From: Asterias rubens
Taxonomy: Eukaryota
DNA: 64,000 bases
Reading direction: 5' to 3'
Assembly: GCF_902459465.1 (NCBI RefSeq)
Contig: NC_047066.1
Span: forward strand, 16,244,001 to 16,308,000
Part shown: positions 24,701 to 36,700 of the stretch, piece by piece
How the letters are laid out: each line of letters opens with the position of its first letter
Position numbering within the stretch: position 1 is the stretch's first letter
Position numbers and translations under genes: made by a program
Notes under the pieces: model-generated
The model's database searches: none
Told to the model about the DNA's origin: nothing
Seen by the model: the letters and a program-made list of their open reading frames with translations, nothing else

Positions 24701-27700
24701 TTATGTTTGCACCATACGTTTCTTTTATGCTGTAGCATGCACATTCTTTCGCACCTTATCAATTTCGATTTTGAATTGTTATCCAATTTTAGAACTGAAT
24801 TGTCCGAGTGAGTTGGTTTATGACTCATGTGGTACATCTTGTCCTGCTACCTGCCTGGAACCAGAAGGATCTGATAATTGTGCAGATGATTGTATTGAAA
24901 CCTGCCGTTGTCCAGAAGGTTTGCTTCTTGAAGGAGATCACTGCATCCAACCTTCTGAATGTGGCTGCTTCTTAGGCGATGGATCATACCTCCCTGTGAG
25001 TAATGAAATACGGAGATCCTATTTTTTTTCTTCATATTTATTGTTAACCGGTAAATTTTTAGTGCTTTTAATATTTCCCTTTCAACTGTTGCTATTGTTG
25101 TTTTTGTAAAATGACAGATAACATATTTTGAACTATGTTTCGTTGCATTTCATATGTTCTTTCAGTTTGAATAAACAGTAGTTTTCAAGTTGAACTATTT
25201 ACTTAAGTTTGTAATGAATCTACACTCAACTGTAGATTATGTTACAAATCTACACTTAAGTTACAGGCCTGGAATTTTTTTAAAGTTTTTACTTTGGCCT
25301 TGGAGAGGCAAAATTTTGGTGGGCACCACGGCCAGTAGAAAAGGCACCAAGGCCTAACATTTCAAAATAGAGAAGGCGTGAAGTCAATGTTATCGAGCGG
25401 TTCTTTATTGTTTATACACAAATCAATTAAAAAATTAAAACAATTGCCAGAGGTTTTCCTATGGGTGTTTAACCCAATCAAACAATTTTTATGAATAACA
25501 AATGGATAAATCATGTCTAATTCATAAATCATAGGGCCTATAGAAAACCCTAAACGATTTTGCTAAAAAAGAAGACAAGTAAAACAAGAAATTTGTTAAT
25601 GTTTCTAAAAATTTGATTTTTAATTGTTAAATAATTGAATTGTGTATGAATTTTGACAAGGTTGGTGACGTGTGGGTTGCCCCAGACTGCTCCAGTAGGT
25701 GTGTGTGTATGGGTTCCAAACAAGTACTCTGTGAAAGGCGACAGTGTAACGAGTCAGCCCAGTGTGATGTTAAGAATGGCATGAGGGATTGCTACTGCAA
25801 TGATGGATTTGTTGGTGACGGAATCAACTGTGCAACAGGTCTGTAAATAATGGTTATCAACACTTGTGGGAAAAAAGTATAATAAGCAAAGATTTTAATT
25901 GAAAAGTCCGGTGTTAAGAATTGCTTGATGAATGCATGTACGTGACTACTAATTTATTTGTGGTGGAATGAATTCTGTGATGGAATGAACTGTAAAGGCA
26001 ACGGCATCACCAAACATTTTCATTTCGTTGGAAGGTGGAGTGGTTAAAAACCTTGTTTTGTTTTACTAAGTTGTAATGGAAAGTGTTAGCTACAATGATG
26101 GGGAAAAAAGTGTTAAAAAAAAAAATAAACAGAAACCAACAGTTTTCTTCCTGCTGCCAGGCACCTAACAATGACCTACCAAAAGAGATCTTTAAACCAA
26201 ATTTACATGTAGAAGTATCGGGTCAAAATTGGTTTTGAGGAACAGATTTCAAGTCAACTGATTTCATTGTCATTGAATCTTCAAAGCAATTATGTCTTGA
26301 ATGTGGAAAATGCCAAACCATTTCATCCTCTCGTACAGCAAAAACAAATTCAGAATAAGACATTTTATTTCAGACCAATTAGATGAAAACTCTGAAACTA
26401 AGTCGCACTTTTGATTCTATCATGCTGTAGCGACAGGCACATGCACCGTCTGGGGAGACCCGCACTACGTCACATTTGACGGGACAAAGTTTGACTTCCA
26501 GGGCGAGTGCGAGTACACACTTGTCAAGCCCTGCAGTAACTCCGCTGAGGACTCATTCCGAATCAATGCCAGGAATGTGAAATTGAAACCCTCTGATGAG
26601 GTCGCCTTGACAGAGGAGGTTATTCTGGATTACGCTGGATCTCTCTATGCCCTGAGGCAGAGAGGAGAGCTGCGTGTCAATGGTGTAATCGTAACTCCTC
26701 CACTGCAACGGGAGGGTGTACAGATCATGATCAATGGTTTCAAACTGGTAAGTCGTACATGTATGTATTATTTGTTTATTTAATTCTTATTAAAAGACCG
26801 TACTGTCATGTCACGACCAAACAACATTAAGTCGTATTAGGTGACTGGCAGCAGGAGGAAAGCTCTTATAAAAGTATGCAACAGTGGTTTAAGTCGTGTT
26901 CTAATTTGCAACTGTGGCTGTGGCTGCCGCTGATGCGAAAGGTATTGTTCTCAGCAACCTTTATGCAATGCATGGTACCATGGTGATCCAGCTGCTGCAG
27001 CCATAGCCCCTAGAAGCAATTTGTTTTTTATTTGGATATCATCTGGTAAGTCAACTTGACTAGTTGCAATTTGCAGCTTAAGTTTGAAATTTCTATAGCT
27101 ACCTCCAGATGAGCAAACCATGGTACTATTATCATAAGAAACTCATTCAAATTTGTGTATTTGTAATATCTGGCTCTTATGCTTTAGAAGCTTTGCCTGA
27201 ATCGTGTCACATAACAACTGCCATTTTAGTCTGATGAGGAATTCAAATTTAAGCGTAACTTATGACTAAGCCAGTCATTGAACCAGACATTACACAAATC
27301 TTACTTGCAAATGGCTCATTTGAAAAAAGCATTTGTACAAAGAAACAAATGTATATAAAAAAAGGTTACTTTTTTTTTACTAAGTGGCAAAATTATCTTC
27401 AAGTCATGCTTATCTCTTCCTATGCTGGATGTAAACTTGTTGTCAAAACTAATGTGTTTCTCATGTATCACCTGAAAAAATAGAGCTAGCTGTTGTAAAC
27501 TGCTTACCTACTAAAAGGATCTATGCCTAAATTCAAAAATTTGTTAATGGCCTGATGTTTTACTCTAGCAGAGTCGTTCTCGAAGGTGATAATATCGTCT
27601 CCGAAAAACTCAGGTTACCAGGAGCTTTATTATGTCTTAGTGTGTGTCTGAATCGCTTGGCTTGGCCTGCACTATCCCGTCATAGAGAGACCGGCTTTGG

Positions 27701-30700
27701 CGGGACTTTCGTTGGCTCAATGCTGCAGGTCTGGTCGTAGTTTCCTTCCTGGTTCTGATTTCTTCCCATTGTTTTTGTTTTTAAATGGTGTTATTATTAT
27801 TGTTTGTTTAGCATTCACTGGATATGTACATGTATTGTTGTGTTTACATTGTCTCTGCTGCGCCTTGAACATCTGTAAAGATTGATTTGGCGCATTACAA
27901 ATACCTACTATTATTTATAATTACTCATGTTATTTTTATAAATTATATGCGATCAATTTTATGACATCCATACAACTGTACAAACTGTATTAAGGACCTG
28001 TTTAGCACTGAACTGTTTTGTAATTGAGATTGAATAATCCCACATTTAGACAAGACTGAGACCTCTCCTCCAACACCATGACTGAGACTAAGACCTCAGT
28101 GTCTGAGTGTCTCAGACTTACAATAGTGGTGCTGAGATGATGACTGCCTTGTGGTTTTAGAAAGATTTGTTTTAATTTGGTTTGGTTTTGGTATCTCCAT
28201 TGTGTTTACAGATATTGCGTACATCTTTTGGCTTGACTATTCGCTGGGATGGATTCCGAACAGCCACGATCTCTCTCCCAAGTTCCTACAGCAACCAAAC
28301 ATGCGGCCTGTGTGGAAACTTTGATAGAAACCCTGAGAATGAGTTCATTACCCCAGACGGGCAAATGGTAAGATAAAAACAAGCTGTTTTCAAGATGCAT
28401 TTCATGTTTTGCATGGAATAGAAAATATTTAAGTTTTGGTAAATGTTGCAAACTATTTGCTACCTTACTTAGATGGATATTTAATATGATTGTGGTCATT
28501 ATGAACCAAGCGTCAATTTCAAAGGGTTTGCTAAAGCAAAAATGTAACATGCATTCTCTATGTGTTCTTGTTTCTGCAGGTTGTAACTCCTAATGAATTT
28601 GGAAACAGCTGGATGACTACACCTGATAGGTGTTACAATGAGACGATGGAACCCAACCCATGTGAGGGTAAAAGAGAGGCTAAGGAACAGGCGGAAGATC
28701 TCTGTTACATAATCATCAACAACTTTGGTGAGACAGCGCTTACTTTAAGAAAGTCTTACAAGTCCAATAAGTGCATTAATCTCCTTTTGCAAGTGTTTTG
28801 TTCTGGTCTATTTTCAATGGTTTGATTATGTGTGCCAGTTGCTGTTTGTTTATACCTCATGAAACACTAGTGATGTCTGCAGACGATGGGCTGTTGGAAA
28901 TTTTCATTAATTTAATGTATATAATTGGAATCCACAAAAGTTACAGTTTGTGTGTTTATGAAGAGTTGGTGTCTCTAAAAAAGAGTTGGTTGGTTTTTCA
29001 GTTTGCTCTAGTCACAGGATTTCCTTAATAGTTTGTTTACAATTGTATGATTACAACATTCCCTCTTTAAACTCATGAAAACTTTTCTCATCATTGCCTA
29101 AATGCAAAACATTCATATTTGTGGATTCATAAGTGGATCTTTGTTATCTGGAGGAAAAAATACTCACAAAAAAGTACAATACCTGGCATCCACTGTGAAA
29201 AACAGTTTGACTGATTTTCAAAATGTTCATTTTACATTAGGAGCCTTCGGAGAGTGCCATGATTTTGTGGATCCCGAACCATACCACGAGGCATGTGTGT
29301 ATGACTTGTGTGCCTACCTCCCCAATGAAGATGTGTTCTGCGACAGCGTAGAGGAGTATGCAGAAGCTTGTCTGAAGAAGGGTGTGGATATTGAACACTG
29401 GCGGTCTGGAGCACGAGAATGTCGTAAGTAGTACTCTGTACTCTCTCAATGGACATTGTTGAGCACCTGTGAGCACCCCAGTCAATTGGCTGCTTATTTC
29501 AATCCTTAAAGAAATTGTACATCTTTTGGTTTTTGAACCGTTTGATTTTTTAAAATCCTATATAACTATGGATATAATATACAATAAAAGTTAAAATAAC
29601 CTTTGAAAATTTATTTTCAAAAGGGAGTGTTTTTTAGATAGTTCTGTCCGCACAGGAAGAGTTACCCATACGCAACCTGAGAAATGTTTAATGCAGAAAC
29701 GTTTCTTAAATTTAAATGTTTTTAATCACTCTCACTTAAATCACATTCTTTTGGAAGGGAATTATTTCTCAGAATGTTATACATTATATATACGTATTTA
29801 CAGCTGCAGTGCTTCTTGAATAATAGGTTTTCATGATGATTATTTTTTGGAGTATTGCAAAAGGTATTTAATCCCTCCCTGTAAACCATCTCAGGTCAAA
29901 GGATGTTATAAGCGTGTTCTTATAAGTATGTCATGCAACAAAATTAATCAAGTACTATCTCTGCATGCACAGGATACTTATTTACTTATGGGTTAAAGGA
30001 TTTGGGTACTTTTTGTAACACAAAACACAATGTCCACAGATTTGCATCAAGCTTACACTGTTTGAAGATAATGATAGTAGAAAGCGTACCTTAAAATATC
30101 AGTTGCTGCGGTGCTGCAGTTTTGAGAGGTGAATAAAACAATGTCATGAAAATACGCTCACTGAGACAAACATTTTTTTCATGACATTGTTTTACTCATT
30201 TCTCAAAATCTACAGCTCCTCAGTTAGTAATATTTGTAGGGAAGCTTTCTACCATGTCTACTTACTATCATTAATCTTCAAACTGTGTATCTTCAAGTTT
30301 AGGTAAATCTGAGGACATTGTGTTTTTTGTCCTATAAAAAGTACCTAGTTCCTTTAAGAGGAGCAATTATAGCTGTGTCTTTGTTGTGTCAAGGACACAG
30401 ATATCAAACTGGTAACCAAACTATACCTAATGAATTTACTATTTGAGTCCAGTGCACTAGTCTAAAAAGCAGGAGACCTGTCCAAACTAAGAGCATTTGC
30501 TTTAACTTGTAACAGTTGTGGGCTGCCTTTGAATCTATGAATGGTCACCCCCCCCCCTAAAAAAAAAGAGGTCACAACAGCAGTCCTTGTTCACATTTTG
30601 TGTGCAATCTGTGTTTTTCCTTACAATTTTTCTGGTTGAATATAAAAATCTATCACAGTTTCAACTTTTTCTGGAGTTTTCTGACATGTGTTTTTATTGT

Positions 30701-33700
30701 TGTGTTACCTGCCAATTGGTTACAATAACTATGTTTCTGAAGGGATTTAGTCAATTTTTTTGACAAATTAATTAGTTTTCTACCATCTCCTGATCTAGAC
30801 CTTTAATAAATTATTATTTTGTTGAAATTTGATTCCAGAACTTAAATGTCCTGAAGGCTTGGAGTACGACCCATGTGGAACTGCATGTCAAAACTCATGT
30901 GCAATGCCAGATGTGGAAGACATGTGCAATGAGACGTGCGTTGAGTCCTGCCACTGTCCTCACGGTCAGCTCGCTGAAGGAGGGCGCTGCATAGATCCAT
31001 CTGAATGTGGTTGCATCTTGCCAAATGGATTCTACCTGAAGGTAAGTTCATAGCGTGTAGATTTTTGGGTATCAACTTATTCATATCTGAGAAAACTGAA
31101 CTTATGTTTGATTACCACCAAATATGTCGTTAAAAACTTCCTAAGCACATAGCTATGATAGCTTATACACTGTTATTCAGTCCTAACTACAGTTGTCGTC
31201 AGAAATGTACTTATTTACATGAATGTACACTATTATTTGGACAGTACAAAAAGTTGTTTTTTATTTCTTAAGCACTTTTTCAAACAAAATTTTGAAGATG
31301 AACTCTAGATCATTAAAAGTTAGTGTTCATGTTTTTGGGATGTTCTTTAGTTTTTTAAAGTCCCCTTTGTCTATCATTCAATACCAGTCTCTGTGGTTTT
31401 GAATGATGGATTAATTATGCCTCTCTGATAACATGTTGTAAATTAATCTGTACAGTACACACAAACACAATTAGTTTAGTGCATAGTTGTTCCATTATAC
31501 ACGATTCTGCCTAGCTGAAGGTTTCAAATGTTCGGTCAATTACCCACTGGAAAGAAATTACAAATTTGAAGGCTGGTCAAATAAAAATACAAACTAATTA
31601 GTATTTAAACAGCATGTGCATTTAAAACAGTTGCCATCAAAACAACTATTGAATTTTTGTTCTGAAATAAGGGAGGTGACGTCTGGGTGGATGACGTCTG
31701 CTCTAGAAGATGTCACTGCGATGGGAGCCAAGTACAGTGTGAGGACTACAGTTGTCACCCAATGGGGGAATGTGCTATTATTAACGGCCACAGGGGATGC
31801 TTCTGCAGGAATGGTTTCTTCGGCGATGGTGTTGAAAATTGTACAAGAGGTAAGGGAGCTCTGACAAATTAGTTAGTAAGCCTTCCAGGTATAAAACAAA
31901 AAGTTAAAAAATTTAAATAAAAAGTAAACACCAATAACAACCAGGACACACAGCATAGTTTGAAAGCACCTCTTCATGTGGTATTATTTCTGATAATAAA
32001 TATAAAGTTCTGGATTTGACCCAATTCACCTGACGTCATCATCAGAATAATCTTGGATGCGCCATTTTGGTGGTCAATTTCACTGTGCGTTATTCAGTGA
32101 AGTGTGCATTTTAGGCGACACGGAGTATACACGTAAACCTATTGACCACCAAAATGGTGAGCATGGCACAGTCGCCGCGTGTGACGTACGTGAGAGGGGT
32201 CAATAAACTTGCACTTGCGAACGGAAGAAGAAGAGAACGGATTAGTTGTTATGGTTGTGGGAGGAATAAACCCAGATAGGGAGAATACTGCAATTCTTGG
32301 ATTGGATTGGTTGTAGGACCATTTATCACTCAAGGCAACTTTAGGCAACCTGGCAGCAACACTTAATGCAAACAAACACTTTGGTAGCATACAATCATCA
32401 TCACGTCACCAGCAGGCAGGATCCCCAGTGGCATCTTCAATCTTCCCTGTCCTCTATGCAGGCAGCCAACTCTGTTGTGGTCTCTGCCCCAGCATCTCTC
32501 CCAAGGACAACGACATTGCTCAACCTCTGTCTTTCCCTTAACTTCATCCTTTCTTGGAGATCTTTCAGTATTGAAAACAAAGAATTTGTTCTTAATTCTC
32601 AAGAGTGTTTGCTTGTTTACTTTCCTGAAAAACCATTGTATAAAGGCTGTCCTTTTCTTCACAGCTCCTGGTGTTTGCAACGCTTGGGGAGATCCACACT
32701 ACATCACATTCGATGGTCGTAAGTTCAACTTCCAAGGAGAATGCGACTACACCTTGGTAGAGGTGTGTCGCAATGACTCACTGGTAGACATGCCCATCTT
32801 TGACATCACGGCATCTAATATAAAGCGGAAGCCTGATGACAAAGTGACATATACCAACAAACTGAGACTTGATTTGTATGGACGTGTAAGTGGAGTTAAC
32901 AATTTAGATACTGAACTTCCTTGACCATCTCCCCAATGGACCCTTCCTATGAACTAATTACATTCACGCATGCGTACAGACCCTGTTGGTTTGCAAAGGC
33001 CATAGAGTTTAGACCATGGGATGGGTATTGAAAAGGGGCCTATTTTGGGGGTTCCGTGGTCCCCATCTCCGGACTGCATGAAATTTGACGCACAAGGGTT
33101 TTCAATGGTACTGAATCCGAATTTGGTTGTTGCTTAGCTCTTAAACTGCACAGTTCGTGAACAGATAAATTTTGGGGTCATTTTAGGTCAAAAACAGTAT
33201 TTTTTGATAACGTCTGTATACACTGGGACTATTTACCAATCATTCACGGCAGTGCAAGAACCTTTTCCAAGTGTTTAATGTGAACGATGTAAATTTTCTC
33301 CTTTTCTGTCCGATTGACACGCAAAGGCCTACAACAAAAACCAATGATTTTTATTGATTGAACATCAAGTACAATGCCATTTGTTTTTCGTTGCTACGAC
33401 GTGCGTGTGTTACATTTTTATTATCACGCGCGCGGCTGAGTTAGATGTGGGACGCAGACGCACTATTTGTTCGTATTCCACTCGCGCTTGTGTGATAACT
33501 TGTAGTTTTGTCGAACGAGCCTGTGAATCGGCATCCTTTTATTCAGGGGTTTGAAGAAATACTCTGTATGTTATAATGGTACAGTGTAGGAACGAAACAC
33601 GATAATGCTTCGAATGACGTCACCCACACCTACATCTATTGTAGTTTTTGAAGAACGTCTTCTGTTCACAGCATTGTTTAGATACTACCAGTTTTTATTT

Positions 33701-36700
33701 TTTGTTATAACTCAATAAAACTATTTGAAGGCTGACAAAAAAAACAACCTGCGGTCGATTTCACCAAGAAAGTAAGATTCATGTGAAGACTAGATGTTAG
33801 TATCACATAATGATTTGTATTGAGACATCACTATTCCCTTAGCAATTAAAATTGCTTTGCACGTCAGATCAATCTTAACTCTTTTTGAAATCGAACTCTG
33901 GTCACCTATTGAGAATTGACAATTAGGATCAATGTTAATATTCTTTTGGAACCAGAGAAAAGATGACCATAATTGCGTAATGAAGATCTGTTGCTTTGGA
34001 AACTGTATTCAAGTATATTTCAATTCCCTGAACTGGTTTGTGCACAGGCTTAACGCGCCGTGCATTTTGCCAATGTTTTTAACATTAGTTTTAGTTTGTT
34101 GATATTTGTATTTATTAATCAGATTTCTATAAACTAAAATTAAAAGAACGATAATTTTAAAATATCTATTTCTTTATAATTTGTTCTTCTAATTTGATCA
34201 GGTTATCAAGTTGACTCAACATGGCGATGTAAGCATTGATGAAGTAGATGTCAAACTACCATTTGTGTCAGTGGAGGGCTTCAATATTTGGTACACTGGA
34301 AAAGAAACGGTAAGTTTTAAAGTTTTGCGAACTGTACTTTCTTCATTTGGTGCATTGGTATTCTGACAATAGATTTTGTAGAGTTTCATGGTAGAGTGAT
34401 CTAGTGCAACAGACTCCAGGTTCTTACCGTCAGAGTTTTTTGGGGGGTCCTGGCTTTGACACTTCTGTCCTTGAGACAAATACTTGACAATATTTCTTTA
34501 ACAGTTGTAATTTTGCATTGGAGGTTAATAGTATAATTTGGTTTTTAATAAGGATGTGTATTATAATATTAAAGGCAGTGGACACTATTGGTAATTACTC
34601 AAAATAATTATCATCATAAAACCTCACTTGGTAACGAGTAATGGGGAGAGGTTGGTAGTAAAAAACATTGTGAAAAACGGCTCCCTCTGAAGTGACATAG
34701 TTTTCGAGAAAGAAGTAATTTTCGCCAAATTTGATTTCGAGACCTCAAGTTTAGAATTTGGGGTCTCGAAATTAACCATCTAAACGCACACAACTTTGTG
34801 TGACAAGGGTGTTTTTTTTCTTTCATTATTATCTCGCAACTTCGACGACCGATTGAGCTCAAATTTTCACAGGTTTGTTAATTTATGCATATGTTGAGAT
34901 TTACCAAGTGAGAAGACTAGTCTTTGACAATTACCAAGAGTGTCCACTGTCTTTAAGCACTTTGTACTCAATACTTTCCTGAGTTAGTCCACAGGCAATT
35001 CCCTTAGGTTGGATTTGAACACAACCTTTGTGTTGCTAAAGCAGATGTTTTACCACTACATGTAGATCATCCAGCTAGCTTGTTGGCTAGGAGGCAGTTA
35101 CATAGGTGCTAGCAGTGGTACATCAATGATTCAATAGATGTATTATAAGTTATCAAACAAGCGCGAGTGGAATTACGGAAAAATATAGCGCTTCTGCGTC
35201 CCAAATGATATGGGACGCAGACGCGCTATATTTTCCGTATTTCCACGAGCGAGCCTGTGATAACGTATTTATCTTCAAGCAAACTTGGCGCGTGACATAG
35301 AACACACAAGACGCATGGTAGTGATATTAGCCGTGCAATATAGGTTTTTATCACCACTCCATTCTGCCAATCTGATTGGAGGATTAGCGCCTACTTGAAG
35401 ATAATGTTCTTTGTTTTGTTATTATATGAGTGGGGTCTCTACTCGACAAACTGATGCTTCTTGGAAACCTCTATCCTCACACAAAATCCAATTGTACTTA
35501 AATGTACATGTTTGTTTTCCTTGATCATTATATAATGTAAACAATATCACTTTTCTTTGTGTGTGGTAAAAATAAAAGAAATGAATGAAAATGAATCAAT
35601 GTTAATTTTTGCAACAAGGATAAAGAATATAATTAGTTTGCAGCCTTTCATTGATGTGTAAAAAGGACTACTTTCCCAAGTTATTTTAATAAAAGAAAAT
35701 CCACAGGCTAATCACTTGGGTGGGATTCGAACCTTCAACCAAATATGTATTGATACTCAGTGGAGAAGCAAGGAGAAGGTTGACCAGGGTGTTTTGAAGT
35801 GGCCCACATCTTTTCTTCCCCTCATTTCAGTCAGTTGGGAATTATTTTTAATGTTTTTTTTTTCTTTGTAGATGTTATCAACCAGATTTGGTTTATCCAT
35901 TCGTTGGGACGGAAGGTATACTGTAGCCATAACAGTGCCTCCAGCATACGACAGTGCACTGTGCGGTCTGTGTGGAAACTACGATACAATTAAAGGAAAT
36001 GACTTCATGTTGTCAGATGGGTCTGTGGTAAGTGAACTATTGAGCCACATTGAAAGCAGTTTTCACTAACATGTTCCACCGTTCTTTAGAACCAAATGGT
36101 TGACTGTACATCAGGATGGACTGTGTTATGAAAAACCAGGGTAAAAAAAAAATTTTGAGGGATGTTTTTGTGATTCATTATGTACTTTTAGAAACTTTTA
36201 GAAAATCTGTTCAACAATATTTATCTCATGAGAAGCGCTTTTGTTTACCAAAGCACCCAATACTAAGGCAATGTGTCTTTTTAAGAAAATAATTTACTCC
36301 ATAAAGACTATTCATCACCAAACACCAAACATGACAACTTATCCCTTGTTTGTCATATTTCGCTTTCTTATTGTTCTTTCGGAGATAGTGAGTTACTTTT
36401 TTTGTGATTGTCTTTTTTTGCTGTAGTGTTCCTTTTACATACAGTGCAGTTGGTTGCCTCCAAGTTACCTGAACAATTTCCTTCTGGGACAAGGCCTTTG
36501 TAGAAAATAAGCCTTTTTTGTGTATTTCAGACACCGGATGACGCAACACTGTTTGCTAACAGCTGGGTTGTGGACAACGAAAGATGTCATTCTGAGCCTG
36601 GTGTCACGGATCCATGTCAGGTGTATGCAAACCTGACTGTAGGACAAGATTTATGCTTTATTGTCAAACAGCCGAATGGTAAGCACATAAGAAAAACAAT

